DNA of 64,000 nucleotides from an uncultured Planctomycetia bacterium (GTDB lineage Bacteria > Omnitrophota > Gorgyraeia > Duberdicusellales > 4484-171): NCBI GenBank assembly GCA_964536865.1, contig CAZHYN010000002.1, forward strand, positions 608 to 64,607, in the 5' to 3' direction. Position 1 is the first letter of the stretch, and each line of letters opens with the position of its first letter. The translations under genes were made by a program, and so were the position numbers. This document shows, piece by piece, positions 24,990 to 35,889 of this stretch. The notes under the pieces were generated by a model that saw only the letters and a program-made list of their open reading frames with translations, had not been told where the DNA came from and did not search any database.

Positions 24990-27172
24990 ACCAACCCTTT
25001 CTCTTTTAGATAGAGATCTGGATCTACTAGAATCTCTCTTGCTTTACTTCCTGAGAAAGGTCCTACTATACCTGCTTCCTCCATAAGATCAAGGAGGCGT
25101 GCTGCTCTAGTATAACCTACACGTAACCTCCTCTGAAGAAGAGATGCAGAAGCTTGTCGAGCAGTAAGAATAATCCTTACCGCCTCATCAAACAACTCAT
25201 CTTCCTCTATATGCATAGCTGTTGATTTCTCTACTTTAGTAATCTTCTCTTGATATACAGGTGCCCCTTGATTTCTTAAGAAATCTGTTAATTGCTGAAT
25301 ATCTTCATCGTCGATATAAGAACCCTGTGCCCTTATGGGTCGAAATGCTTGCGGTTTTAAAAAAAGTAAATCTCCCCTCCCTAAAAGTTTCTCTGCTCCT
25401 ACGATATCTAAAACAGTACGCGAATCTACCTTAGAGGAAACCTTAAAAGAGATACGTGCTGGGAAGTTAGCTTTTATTACTCCTGTAATAACATCTACCG
25501 AAGGGCGCTGAGTCGCTAAAATAAGATGGATACCCACTGCTCGGGATAGCTGAGCTAATCTCTGGATAGATGCCTCAATACTCTCCTTAGCTACACTCAT
25601 TAAATCTGCCAACTCATCGATAACAATAACTACGTAAGGAAGACGAAATTCCTTCTCATTATAACTGGTAATATTCCTTACTCCCTCTTCAGCCAAAAGT
25701 CGGTATCTTGACTCCATCTCCTCTACCGCCCAGTTAAGAGCAGCGAATGCTTTTTTTGCCTCATAGATTATAGGAGAAAGAAGATGAGGAATTCCGCTAA
25801 AAGGAGCAAGTTCCACCATTTTGGGATCAATAAGAATAAATTTAACCTCATTAGGTTTGGCTTTAAAAAGAATAGAGGAAATTAAGGAATTAACACATAC
25901 TGTCTTACCAGAACCAGTTGTCCCTGCAATCAAAAGATGTGGCATCTCCTTTAAGTCAGCTATCACTGGTTCCCCTTTAACGTCTTTACCAATAGCTAAA
26001 GTTAACTTAGAAGGAGAAGAAACAAATGACTGCTCTTGCAAAACTTCTCTTAGATATACTATATGTTTCTTTTCATTAGGGACTTCTACGCCAATCGTTC
26101 CTCTTACTGGAATAGGGGCAACAATTCGTACACTGGAAGATTTCATAGCTAAAGCAATATCATCAGCTAAAGTAGTAATCTTGGTAATCTTCACTCCAGG
26201 TTGAGGCTCTAACTCATAAAGAGTTACTACAGGGCCTTTTTGAACACTCACTACTTTTGCCGATACCCCGAAATCGGCTAAAGTCTCCTCTAAATTTTTA
26301 ATGTTCTCCTTTATATCCTCCTTCATCTTCCGAGCGTCCAGGCCAGGAGGGACTTTAAGAAGGTCTATATGAGGAAGAGAGAAACTGGATGGCTCAAAAC
26401 TCTTTTTTGCCTGCCTCTCTATATCCTCTATCTTCTTCTTTACCTGAACCTTATCAATAGCTTTTTCCCTCAAAGAAGGGGACTCTCTAACAACTTCCTC
26501 TTTCTTGGGAATAACCTCTTCCTTTCTTTTAGAAGGATAAGGAGGAGGTGTATAAATTCTTATCTGAGGAGTAGTTTTTACCTTCCTCTTAAGCTCCGAG
26601 GTCTTCCTAGAAAGAATCTCTTCTTTAACTACTTTCAACTTAAAGAATGCTCCTTGAAGAAGAGAAACAACATCCAAGAACAAATAACTAAACAAAGCAT
26701 AAATACTCACACCCACAATGGTAGACAAAAATATCAATGAACCCCAAAATCCTAAATAGGTACGGAGGAAATGCGAAATAAAAAATCCTAACCCTCCTGC
26801 TTTTTCATAAACGATTACAGGCTCAGGAAAGAAAATCCCTACTAAAGCAGGAAAGAATATAATTAGGATTAGAAACAAGATAACCTTGACAGACTTTTTT
26901 TGAGAAACTCCATAGGCTCTTATAAGATTTAACTTTTCTAATCCCTTAAATATAAAGTAGAAGGGGAAAAAGTAACTAACCACTCCAAACGTAAAAAAAA
27001 GGAAGAAAGCTAAATAACTCCCTAAAATTCCTACAAGATTATGAGGATTCTTATTATAAGGGGAACTTATCCATTTTATATCCTGAGGCACAAAAGAAAC
27101 CAAACTGAGAAGGAGCATTATCCCTAAAGAGAAAAAAATCACTGCTTGGAGATGAACTATTATCCTTCTCAT
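24986..27172 (-). CDS. ftsK: DNA translocase FtsK/SpoIIIE
   Basis: N-terminal transmembrane segments and a proline/lysine-rich linker. The motor domain has Walker A motif GTTGSGKT. A gamma winged-helix domain is at the C-terminus. Confidence 0.9.
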   Translation of the reverse strand: MRRIIVHLQAVIFFSLGIMLLLSLVSFVPQDIKWISSPYNKNPHNLVGILGSYLAFFLFFTFGVVSYFFPFYFIFKGLEKLNLIRAYGVSQKKSVKVILFLILIIFFPALVGIFFPEPVIVYEKAGGLGFFISHFLRTYLGFWGSLIFLSTIVGVSIYALFSYLFLDVVSLLQGAFFKLKVVKEEILSRKTSELKRKVKTTPQIRIYTPPPYPSKRKEEVIPKKEEVVRESPSLREKAIDKVQVKKKIEDIERQAKKSFEPSSFSLPHIDLLKVPPGLDARKMKEDIKENIKNLEETLADFGVSAKVVSVQKGPVVTLYELEPQPGVKITKITTLADDIALAMKSSSVRIVAPIPVRGTIGVEVPNEKKHIVYLREVLQEQSFVSSPSKLTLAIGKDVKGEPVIADLKEMPHLLIAGTTGSGKTVCVNSLISSILFKAKPNEVKFILIDPKMVELAPFSGIPHLLSPIIYEAKKAFAALNWAVEEMESRYRLLAEEGVRNITSYNEKEFRLPYVVIVIDELADLMSVAKESIEASIQRLAQLSRAVGIHLILATQRPSVDVITGVIKANFPARISFKVSSKVDSRTVLDIVGAEKLLGRGDLLFLKPQAFRPIRAQGSYIDDEDIQQLTDFLRNQGAPVYQEKITKVEKSTAMHIEEDELFDEAVRIILTARQASASLLQRRLRVGYTRAARLLDLMEEAGIVGPFSGSKAREILVDPDLYLKEKGLV

Positions 27173-29253
27173 GAAACTTGTTTCATACTGAGTGTTAATC
27201 TTCCTTGGGAGTCAATATTTATTACTTTTACCCTTACAATATCTCCCTCCTTAACAAAATCTCGAACTTCTTTTACATACTTATCAGAAATCTCAGAAAT
27301 ATGAATGAGCCCTATCTTGCCAGGTATGATTTCGCAAAAGGCGCCAAAATTGACTATTTTAGTAATCTTACCTGTAAAAATATCCCCTACTTGAATCTCC
27401 TTGGTAAGGTTTAAAATCTCCTCCACCGCTCTATTTAAAGACTCCTCAGTTTCAGCTACCACACTAACTGTTCCTGTCTCATCATCGATATCCACAGTTA
27501 CATTATACTCCCTTATGATTCTTCTTATTGTCTTCCCTCCTGGGCCAATGACCTCTCCAATCTTATCCAAATCTATCTTAAATGATTTTATCTTAGGAGC
27601 GTATTTGGAAATTCCCTCTCTGGGTAAGGCCAAAGCATCGTTCATCTTCTTTAAAACTAATAAGCGTGCTTGTTTAGCTTTCTTTAGACTTTCCTCGATT
27701 AACCCATAATCTAAACCATCTATCTTTAAATCCAGTTGAATAGCTGTAACTCCTTCTTCTGTCCCTGCTACTTTAAAATCCATATCTCCATAATGATCCT
27801 CAACCCCAGCAATGTCAGTAAGGATAGCGTAAGAAGAACCTTCCTTAACCAACCCTAAGGCTATCCCCCCCACAGGCTTCTTGATAGGAACTCCTGCATC
27901 CATCAGAGATAAGGATGCGGCAGAAACAGTAGCCATACTAGAAGACCCGTTAGACTCCAATATCTCAGAAACTACTCTGATAGTGTAGGGAAATTCCTCC
28001 TTGGGAGGGATTACACTTAGAAGAGATTTTTCTGCTAATGCGCCATGTCCTATCTCCCTGCGTGTAGGACCCCTTAAAGGCTTGGTTTCACCTACACTAA
28101 AAGGAGGAAAAGTATAGTGAAGCATAAAGTGCTTTGATTTTTCTCCTTCCAAAGCTTCGATGAGCTGCTCATCACTTGAGGTTCCCAAAGTAGTGATGGC
28201 TAAAGCTTGCGTTTGTCCTCTGGTAAATATTGCTGAACCATGAGTGCGGGGTAGTATACTCACTTTACATTCAATGCTTCTTACCTCGTCCAACTTCCTG
28301 GAGTCCGGCCGCTTCTTCTCCTTAAGAATCTTCTCTCTCACAAATCTCTTTTCAATCTCATAGAAAACCACTTTAATTTCTTGAGGAGTAGCTGGAAGCC
28401 CTTTTTCCTCTACTTTTTTAGAAACCTCCTCAACAATCTGGCTGAGTGCTGATTCTCTTTCTTCTTTTTTAACCAACCCATAAATCTCCTCCAGTTGAGA
28501 GAGAGCTACCTCCTTCACCAGATCAGCAAGCTCCTGAGGTGGCTGATAAAAAGGAAAATTTGCTTTTTCCTTCCCTACCTTCTCCCTAATTTTTATCTGA
28601 GCATTAATTATTTCTCTTATAAACGGATGAGCAAACTTTATAGCCTCTAATACCTCTTCCTCCTTAACTTCTCTGAATTTCCCCTCCATCATTATAATTT
28701 TTTCTTCGCTTCCCGCAATAACAATATCCATTGAGGATTTATCTCTCTCTTCATAAGTAGGATTAACAATAAACTCCCCATTTAACTTACCTATTCTTAC
28801 TGCACCAACAGGAGCAGTAAAAGGGATATCAGAAAGAAGAAGGGCACAGCTTGCTCCATTTATCGATAAAACATCGGGATCATTTTTGCCATCACTAGAA
28901 AGAACCATCCCAATAATCTGAACTTCATGAAGAAATCCCTTAGGGAAAAGAGGTCTTAAGGGTCTATCGATCAAGCGGGCACACAAGATTTCTGTATCCT
29001 TAGGCCTACCTTCTCTTTTTATGAATCCTCCAGGGATTTTGCCCATAGCATAGGTTCTTTCTTGGTATTCTACTACCAGAGGAAGAAATTCTAAATTCTG
29101 AGAAGGCTCTTTGGAAACACATACTGTTACCAAAACTACTGTATCAGCATAGGAAACCACTATACTTCCATTAGCTTGGCGAGCTAATTCTCCCCAGGAA
29201 AATATCAGCGGAGCTTTTCCTATATTAGGAAGGGTGAGTTGAAAAGGACCCAT
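27169..29253 (-). CDS. pnp: polyribonucleotide nucleotidyltransferase (PNPase)
   Basis: 694 aa. It has two RNase PH domains, a KH domain and an S1 domain. Confidence 0.95.
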   Translation of the reverse strand: MGPFQLTLPNIGKAPLIFSWGELARQANGSIVVSYADTVVLVTVCVSKEPSQNLEFLPLVVEYQERTYAMGKIPGGFIKREGRPKDTEILCARLIDRPLRPLFPKGFLHEVQIIGMVLSSDGKNDPDVLSINGASCALLLSDIPFTAPVGAVRIGKLNGEFIVNPTYEERDKSSMDIVIAGSEEKIIMMEGKFREVKEEEVLEAIKFAHPFIREIINAQIKIREKVGKEKANFPFYQPPQELADLVKEVALSQLEEIYGLVKKEERESALSQIVEEVSKKVEEKGLPATPQEIKVVFYEIEKRFVREKILKEKKRPDSRKLDEVRSIECKVSILPRTHGSAIFTRGQTQALAITTLGTSSDEQLIEALEGEKSKHFMLHYTFPPFSVGETKPLRGPTRREIGHGALAEKSLLSVIPPKEEFPYTIRVVSEILESNGSSSMATVSAASLSLMDAGVPIKKPVGGIALGLVKEGSSYAILTDIAGVEDHYGDMDFKVAGTEEGVTAIQLDLKIDGLDYGLIEESLKKAKQARLLVLKKMNDALALPREGISKYAPKIKSFKIDLDKIGEVIGPGGKTIRRIIREYNVTVDIDDETGTVSVVAETEESLNRAVEEILNLTKEIQVGDIFTGKITKIVNFGAFCEIIPGKIGLIHISEISDKYVKEVRDFVKEGDIVRVKVINIDSQGRLTLSMKQVS

Positions 29254-29519
29254 TACTTACGAAGGTTAAGCTCTTTTATTACCTCGTCGTACTTTTTGGG
29301 ATCTCTCTTCTTAAGATATTGAAGGAGGCGCCGACGTCTCCCTACAAGCATAAGGAGACCTCGACGAGAATGAAAATCTTTCTTATGCCGTTTCAAATGT
29401 TCAGTAAGGTAATTTATCCTCTCAGTAAGGAGAGCAACTTGTACTGAGGCAGAACCCGTATCTTGAGGATGTTCCTTAAATCTTTCAATTATCTCTTTCT
29501 TTCTTCCTTTATTAGACAT
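29253..29519 (-). CDS. rpsO: 30S ribosomal protein S15
   Basis: 88 aa. It has the S15 signature ([19 protein letters not shown]) and lies immediately upstream of pnp. Confidence 0.95.
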   Translation of the reverse strand: MSNKGRKKEIIERFKEHPQDTGSASVQVALLTERINYLTEHLKRHKKDFHSRRGLLMLVGRRRRLLQYLKKRDPKKYDEVIKELNLRK

Positions 29520-29572
29520 AGTATTATTATCTTATCTATTGAAAAAGAGAATGTCAACTAATAAAAGATGAA

Positions 29573-30085
29573 TCACCGCTTATAAAGACCGATTAACTCT
29601 CCTTTATCAAGAATATGACCTTTTATCTTTTTTAAAACCTCTTTTTTAGTAGCTCCTTCTTTAAGGTCTAAGACAGTATCTAAGGCGTAGACTTTGAAAA
29701 AATAACGATGAGTAGCACCAGGAGGAGGGCAAGGACCACCATAACCAATCCTTCTAAAGTCATTTATCCCTTGTAAAGTTCCATCCTCTAATACTCCTTG
29801 GTGGGGAATATTCTCTTCTAATTTTCTCCTATTAGAAGGAATATTGTAAACTACCCAGTGTACCCATACTTTAAAAGGAGCATCAGGGTCATCACAGATA
29901 ATAACAAAACTTTTAGTTTGAGGAGGAACATCTTCCCACTCTAAAGGAGGAGAATAATTTAATGAATCACAACTATACCGAGATGGAATATACTCACCAT
30001 TATTAAAAGCAGAACTTTTAACTTCTAAGGCAAAACTTGATTTTAAAATTGAAAAAAAGAAAATAAAAATAAGAAGTTTCTTCAT
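29573..30085 (-). CDS. YbhB/YbcL-family PEBP (Raf kinase inhibitor-like) protein
   Basis: It has a signal peptide and the PEBP motifs DPDAP, HW and GYGGPCPPPGATHRY. Confidence 0.8.
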   Translation of the reverse strand: MKKLLIFIFFFSILKSSFALEVKSSAFNNGEYIPSRYSCDSLNYSPPLEWEDVPPQTKSFVIICDDPDAPFKVWVHWVVYNIPSNRRKLEENIPHQGVLEDGTLQGINDFRRIGYGGPCPPPGATHRYFFKVYALDTVLDLKEGATKKEVLKKIKGHILDKGELIGLYKR

Positions 30086-30177
30086 TTCTAACTTACTATT
30101 ATATCAGAAAAATTTTAAAAGTAAACCCTTATGTATGTTTTCTTTTAATCCATAATTACATTACAGATAGAGTAAAC

Positions 30178-31782
30178 CTATTTAAAGAACTTATTAACGA
30201 TAGGCATGCGTCTATCTTTTCCAAAAGCACGGGGGGTAATCTTAATCCCAATGGGGGACTGACGGCGCTTATACTCATTAGTATCCACCATTCTGATTAC
30301 TCTCTTTACTAAATCCTTATCAAATCCTCTTCCTACAATCTCTTTAAAAGGTAAATCTTCTTCTATATATAATTTAAGAACGGGGTCAAGAAGAGGATAC
30401 GGAGGAAGAGTATCGGAATCTTTCTGATTAGGTTTAAGCTCCGCAGAAGGAGGTCTCCTAAACACAGAAGAGGGAATAACTTCTCTTTTGTAAACTTTAT
30501 TGATATAGCGAGCAATTTTATAAACCATAGTCTTGGGAACATCTTTCAGTAAGCCAAAACCTCCTACCATATCCCCATAGAGGGTGCAGTAACCACAAGA
30601 GACTTCACTTTTATTTCCCGTATTGAGCACTAGATACCCAAATTTATTAGAAAAAGCCATTAAAAGATTTCCTCTAATTCTTGCTTGAATATTTTCTTCA
30701 GTGTTATCAAATGGTCTATTTCTAAAAAATGGTTTAAGGGTAGAAAGATAAGCCTCGAAAATATCTCTAATATTCACAGTATAGAATTTTATCCTTAAAT
30801 TCTTACAGATTCTTTTAGCATCATCAAAGGCCTGAGAAGAAGTGTACTGAGAAGGCATAATCAAACCAAAAACATTCTTTCTTCCTAAAGTAAGGGTTGC
30901 CAAAGACACCACCAATGCAGAATCTATCCCCCCACTTACTCCTACAATAACTTTTTTAAAACCGTTTTTCTTCACATAATCAAATAACCCTAACTTTAAT
31001 GCTTCAAATACCTCCTCAACATAAGAAACTCTCAACTGCTGGGGGACCAAACGTTTATTTTTATTAAAGTTGAAGATAAGAAAATCTTCTTTAAATCTCT
31101 TAGCAAATTCCACTACTTTACCTGAAGGAGAAACAACCATGCTTGTACCATCAAACACTAACTCATCTTGTCCTCCTACAATATTACAATAGAAGAGAAA
31201 ACAATTAAGATATTGGGAGGCTTGAGAAAGAATACTTTTTCTTAAGGAAATTTTTCCCAAATGATAGGGAGAAGCGGATAGATTTATAATAAAATCAAGA
31301 TTTTTCTTGGAAAGCCTCTCCAGATAACTTTTTTGCCAAATATCCTGGCATATATTTACTGAAAAACTATAATCTCCCAAGAAGTAAAAAGGAATTTTCT
31401 CTCCCGAGGTAAAATAACGCTTCTCATCAAAAACTCCATAATTAGGTAAATAAATTTTGTGATAAATATCTTTTAACTTTCCGTCTTCAAAAAAAGCATA
31501 AGCATTAAAAATCTTGTCTCTCCTCCTATCTACAAAACCCAGAATTACTTTTATCTTCTTAGTATAGCTTTTAAGACGATTGAGGTAACGAATATTTTCT
31601 TCAATAAACTGAGGCTTTAACAATAAATCCTCTGGAGGATACCCGCATAAGGAAAGTTCTCCAAAGACAACTATATCAACTTCCTTCTTTCTTGCTTTAT
31701 CAATATAGTAAAGAATCTTAGAAAAGTTACCCTCAAAGTCTCCTACGCAGGGATTTATTTGAGCTAAACCTATCTTTATCAC
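30178..31782 (-). CDS. nadE: glutamine-dependent NAD+ synthetase
   Basis: N-terminal CN-hydrolase domain and C-terminal NAD synthetase domain (SGGIDSALV P-loop). 534 aa. Confidence 0.9.
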   Translation of the reverse strand: MIKIGLAQINPCVGDFEGNFSKILYYIDKARKKEVDIVVFGELSLCGYPPEDLLLKPQFIEENIRYLNRLKSYTKKIKVILGFVDRRRDKIFNAYAFFEDGKLKDIYHKIYLPNYGVFDEKRYFTSGEKIPFYFLGDYSFSVNICQDIWQKSYLERLSKKNLDFIINLSASPYHLGKISLRKSILSQASQYLNCFLFYCNIVGGQDELVFDGTSMVVSPSGKVVEFAKRFKEDFLIFNFNKNKRLVPQQLRVSYVEEVFEALKLGLFDYVKKNGFKKVIVGVSGGIDSALVVSLATLTLGRKNVFGLIMPSQYTSSQAFDDAKRICKNLRIKFYTVNIRDIFEAYLSTLKPFFRNRPFDNTEENIQARIRGNLLMAFSNKFGYLVLNTGNKSEVSCGYCTLYGDMVGGFGLLKDVPKTMVYKIARYINKVYKREVIPSSVFRRPPSAELKPNQKDSDTLPPYPLLDPVLKLYIEEDLPFKEIVGRGFDKDLVKRVIRMVDTNEYKRRQSPIGIKITPRAFGKDRRMPIVNKFFK

Positions 31783-31825
31783 TTAGACCTCCATCTATGT
31801 TATTATAGTCCTTCTAAAAAATTAA

Positions 31826-32590
31826 TCAAAGATTAGAAGATTTAAACCTCCTCTGAAAAAACAACCAAAGAAATACTCCTATGCCTATCATCCCCAAGGA
31901 AATAATCTGGAAAATAGAAAACTTCCCTAAGTAAGGACGGGGGTCTCCTCGATAAAACTCAATAATGAATCGAAACATACCATACAGAATAAAATAAAGA
32001 GAGAAAATTTCTCCCTTAAAAGAAAATCTTTTCTTCTTACTCCAAAGCATCAAGAACATACATAAGAGAGCTAATGATGAAATAAGTTGAGTGGGAATAA
32101 CTTTTGTTCCCAAACTTCCTGCAGGCGAAGAAGGAGGAAACTTTATCCCTATCCAAGAAGAAGTAGGTTTTCCATAACAACATCCATAAGAAAAGCAACC
32201 TACTCTCCCAATAGCATGACCTAAAAGGAGAGCTAACACCAAAATATCGGCTAGCTTTAGAAAATCTAATTTATGCCTTCTTGTAAGAACATAGAAAGCC
32301 CCTAGACCAAAAAGTACCCCCCCATAAAAAACAAAACCTGCTCTTGACAAACCTATCCTTAGGGGGTCTCTTAGAAAGAATCTGAAATTTAAAAGGATAT
32401 AAAATATCCTTGCTCCTACAAATCCCCAAATTAAAGACCAAAAAGCAATATCGGAAAAACTTTTGGTGTCTATCCCCTCTCTCTTTACTTGAACTAAAGA
32501 GAAAAAATATCCTGCTGTCACTCCTAAAAAGAGCAAGACTCCATAAGTATATATGGTAATAGAGCCAATCTTAAAAAGAATAGGGTGCAT
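31826..32590 (-). CDS. lgt: prolipoprotein diacylglyceryl transferase
   Basis: Lgt signature GxxxGRxGCFxxGCCYG is present as GHAIGRVGCFSYGCCYG. 254-aa polytopic protein. Confidence 0.85.
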   Translation of the reverse strand: MHPILFKIGSITIYTYGVLLFLGVTAGYFFSLVQVKREGIDTKSFSDIAFWSLIWGFVGARIFYILLNFRFFLRDPLRIGLSRAGFVFYGGVLFGLGAFYVLTRRHKLDFLKLADILVLALLLGHAIGRVGCFSYGCCYGKPTSSWIGIKFPPSSPAGSLGTKVIPTQLISSLALLCMFLMLWSKKKRFSFKGEIFSLYFILYGMFRFIIEFYRGDPRPYLGKFSIFQIISLGMIGIGVFLWLFFQRRFKSSNL

Positions 32591-32592
32591 CT

Positions 32593-33030
32593 CTACGTAG
32601 TAAGGATTATATTCACCGGTCCCTCTAACACCAACTCTATCTTCATAAACTCTCCAAACGCCCCTTGTTTTACATCCACATTTTCTCTCTTAAGTAAAGA
32701 TACAAAATCCTCAAAGTATTTACTAGCCTGCTCTCCAGGCATAGATTCCTCAAAAGATGGCCTCCGTCCTCTCTGTGTATCTGCACAGAGAGTAAAATTA
32801 GAAATACATAGAAGCTGGTAGTTTTTATCCTTCAAAGAGTAATTTAACTTACCCTCCCTATCCTCAAACACTCTTAGGTTAACCACCTTGGAAGCCATCT
32901 TAGCTAAGCTGGTTGAAGTATCAGCTCTCTCTATCCCTACAAATATAGCTAACCCTTTACCAATAGAAGCTAATTCCCTCTCTCCTTTAAATACTCTACC
33001 CTGGCTAATACGGACAGCCAATACTTTCAT
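32593..33030 (-). CDS. dtd: D-aminoacyl-tRNA deacylase
   Basis: 145 aa with the motifs SNFTL and GPVN near the C-terminus. Its length matches Dtd. Confidence 0.85.
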   Translation of the reverse strand: MKVLAVRISQGRVFKGERELASIGKGLAIFVGIERADTSTSLAKMASKVVNLRVFEDREGKLNYSLKDKNYQLLCISNFTLCADTQRGRRPSFEESMPGEQASKYFEDFVSLLKRENVDVKQGAFGEFMKIELVLEGPVNIILTT

Positions 33031-33931
33031 ATCTAAATCCTTGGTGGGTGCCTCTTTTTTCTAACTCCTTCTCTATCTGATATAAAACTTTGCTTCTCTG
33101 GTTTATCCATTTAGGGGCAATTAGATAAGCAGGATCAGCAGTAGAGACCAACCTTAAAACAACAAAATGAGGAGGGATTATCTCTAAAAAATCACAGATT
33201 ATCCTTACGAACTCATCTTTAGATAGCAATTCCAATCTACCTTCACGATACCAACTCTCTAAGACAGTATCTTTTAACACATGAAGGATATGAAATTTTA
33301 TTCCTTGGATGTCTAAAGAAGCTAATCTTTCAGCATCTAACATCATTTCTTCATAACTCTGTTGAGGCAGTCCTAATATAATGTGAACTCCTACATTGAT
33401 ACCGTAACTTCTCGTTAACTCCAAAGTTCTTAGAAAATCTTCATAAGTGTGATTACGGTTAATTAACTTTAGGATTCTATTATGGGTAGTTTGGAGACCA
33501 TATTCTATCCACACTAAATACTCTCTTTGGTACTGAGAAATCAATGCTAACTTTTTCTTATCTACACAATCAGGACGTGTAGAAATAAAAAGCCCTACAA
33601 TCTCAGGAAAATCTCTTATGACATTATATTTTTCTCTCAAATCATCCACACTTGCATAGGTATTAGTGAAAGCTTGAAAATAAGCGATAAAACTGGTAAC
33701 TTTCATTCTTTTCTTATAGTAATTTATCGATTGGATTATCTGATCTCTTAAAGGGAGAACTTTACGAGTGTAAATGCTGAAAGCTTTGTTATTACAATAT
33801 ATACAGCCATGTTTACTTAAAATGCCATCAATATTAGGGCAACTAAATCCAGCATCTAAGCTGATGCGGTGGATACGCTTTCCGAACTTCTCTTTTAGGT
33901 ATTGGCTAAAGGAGTAAAACTTTTTTTCCAT
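33005..33931 (-). CDS. TIGR01212-family radical SAM protein (YhcC-like)
   Basis: It has the N-terminal CPN..G....GCIYC cysteine motif typical of the family. 308 aa. Confidence 0.75.
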   Translation of the reverse strand: MEKKFYSFSQYLKEKFGKRIHRISLDAGFSCPNIDGILSKHGCIYCNNKAFSIYTRKVLPLRDQIIQSINYYKKRMKVTSFIAYFQAFTNTYASVDDLREKYNVIRDFPEIVGLFISTRPDCVDKKKLALISQYQREYLVWIEYGLQTTHNRILKLINRNHTYEDFLRTLELTRSYGINVGVHIILGLPQQSYEEMMLDAERLASLDIQGIKFHILHVLKDTVLESWYREGRLELLSKDEFVRIICDFLEIIPPHFVVLRLVSTADPAYLIAPKWINQRSKVLYQIEKELEKRGTHQGFRYESIGCPY

Positions 33932-34461
33932 TTTCTCTCCTGAAAGCTATACACACATCCACAATAGTCCTGACGGTAGAGGTTATACTTTTTAGCAAAC
34001 TCTATCGCTTTTTTGAATCCATCGTTCTTTTTAAAATCTATCTCTAAAAAGCGCTTCTCATCTAATTTCTTACCAACACTAAAAACCATTTCTGCCTTCT
34101 TATGAGGACTTACTGTTAAAGTGGTAGTGAAAAAATTAAAACCAAAACTTTCACAAAGCTTTTGTGTCTGTTTAAGTCTAATCTTGTAGCAGAGAAGACA
34201 GCGTCTACCTCCTTCTTTCTCTTTAGCATACTCTTTGCAAATCTTAAACCATTCTCTGGGATTATACTCTCCCTCAATAATCTCTAAGGAAAATTTCTCT
34301 TTTATAAATTTAAGATTCTCCTTCCTTCGTTGGTATTCTTCAAAGGGGTGAATATTGGGATTGAAGAAAAATCCCACAACGTAAAACCCTTGAGAATGCA
34401 GGTTCTCCACACAAGAAGAAGCGCATACTCCACAACATATGTGAAGAAGAACTTTTTTCAC
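33895..34461 (-). CDS. queH: epoxyqueuosine reductase QueH (DUF208)
   Basis: It has an N-terminal HICCGVC motif and a C-terminal CGCVYS cysteine pair. 188 aa. Confidence 0.8.
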   Translation of the reverse strand: MKKVLLHICCGVCASSCVENLHSQGFYVVGFFFNPNIHPFEEYQRRKENLKFIKEKFSLEIIEGEYNPREWFKICKEYAKEKEGGRRCLLCYKIRLKQTQKLCESFGFNFFTTTLTVSPHKKAEMVFSVGKKLDEKRFLEIDFKKNDGFKKAIEFAKKYNLYRQDYCGCVYSFQERKWKKSFTPLANT

Positions 34462-35264
34462 AATCCGAAGTAATCTTTTAAAGTAATAAACTCTACTTTT
34501 TCTTTAATCTTAGGTAGCTCTTCCTCCAGCACTTTAAAAGTATTTTCTCGAGGATGAGCAATTATAATAACTCTACCTTCTTTATCCGCTTTTGCTAAAA
34601 GACTATAGAGAGTATCTTTTATCTCTTTAGGAGAACTACGGGAATCTAAAAATCCACTGTTTTCTGCACACTTTACTCCCTCTTCTTTAGCTATCTGACA
34701 GGCCAAGGAATTAGGAGATGTCTTAGAATCTACAAATACCATATTTCTAACCCTTATGGCCTTAATAACTGCTCTCATCACCCTCTCATTTTCTGTAGCT
34801 TTGGAACCCATATGGTTATTTGCTCCTATAGCTACCCTTAAAGAATTTAGATGATACTTCAAAAGATAGTTTAATTTTCGCAGAGAAAGATCTGTGGTTA
34901 TAAACTTATTTCTATATCTTAAGAAGGAGGATAAACGCTCTTTGGGTTCCATAGGAAGATGCACTAATACAGAATACCCACAGCGGGAAGCAATGGATGC
35001 TATGTTTTTGGAAAACCTCAAGTGAGGGATTACAGCCACGGTAACTGGAATCTTTAGAGCATAGATTTTTTTAAGCTCTCTTAAATTTTCTCCTAAGTCA
35101 TCAAAGATTAAAACAACTTGGGTCTTTTTTTCTGCCTTCAAAGAAGGAACCCCACCCTTAGTAATAAATGATTTGCCCCTCTCTAAAAAATTAAAGTAAA
35201 AGTAAAACATGACAGGAACAGTTATAATAGTGATTAAAAGAATAATCTTGCCTACCTTATTCAT
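34458..35264 (-). CDS. divergent polysaccharide deacetylase family protein (YibQ-like)
   Basis: N-terminal transmembrane segment and DUF610-like motifs (IFDDLG and NHMGSKATE). Confidence 0.65.
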   Translation of the reverse strand: MNKVGKIILLITIITVPVMFYFYFNFLERGKSFITKGGVPSLKAEKKTQVVLIFDDLGENLRELKKIYALKIPVTVAVIPHLRFSKNIASIASRCGYSVLVHLPMEPKERLSSFLRYRNKFITTDLSLRKLNYLLKYHLNSLRVAIGANNHMGSKATENERVMRAVIKAIRVRNMVFVDSKTSPNSLACQIAKEEGVKCAENSGFLDSRSSPKEIKDTLYSLLAKADKEGRVIIIAHPRENTFKVLEEELPKIKEKVEFITLKDYFGL

Positions 35265-35889
35265 TTAATAAGATATTAAACTGTTGATAAGACTCTTTAG
35301 GGTTAGAACTTTTAAGAATTGCGCTTCCTACACATATATAGTCTATGCCTAACTCCTTCACTAACTTCAAATTATCCTGCTTTATCCCTCCATCGATGCC
35401 TATCCTTTTATTAGGAAACAACTTTTTAAATTGGGCAATTTTTTCCAATACCTGGGGTATAAAATTACTTCCATAAAACCCAGGGTTCACACTCATAAAA
35501 AGCACCATTTCTACTTCCTCTACTAAATTCTTGAACTCATCTATAGAAGTAGAGGGGTTAACTGCTAAACCAGGAGAAAGACCGCTTTTCCTGATTTGTG
35601 AGATTATCTGGTAATGATCTTCAGATATTTCATAGTGATAAATTATCCTTTGAGCTCCAAACTCCTTAAAAGGTTCAATCCACTTGGAAGGATCCTCTAC
35701 CATGAGATGAGCTTCGCTAGCTATAGGAAAGTTTATTTCTTTTAAATCATCTATGGTAATACTACGAGAAGGAACGAACTTACCATCCATAATGTCGATC
35801 TGTACATAATCGGTAAACTCCTTAGTTATTTTAAGCATTTCTAAAAGTTCCTCTCTATTATCGGTAAGGATAGTAGGAATTATCTTCAT
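35257..35889 (-). CDS. rpe: ribulose-phosphate 3-epimerase family protein
   Basis: Motifs DIMDGKFVP, HLMV and GIDGGI are present. The protein is about 210 aa. Confidence 0.7.
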   Translation of the reverse strand: MKIIPTILTDNREELLEMLKITKEFTDYVQIDIMDGKFVPSRSITIDDLKEINFPIASEAHLMVEDPSKWIEPFKEFGAQRIIYHYEISEDHYQIISQIRKSGLSPGLAVNPSTSIDEFKNLVEEVEMVLFMSVNPGFYGSNFIPQVLEKIAQFKKLFPNKRIGIDGGIKQDNLKLVKELGIDYICVGSAILKSSNPKESYQQFNILLNE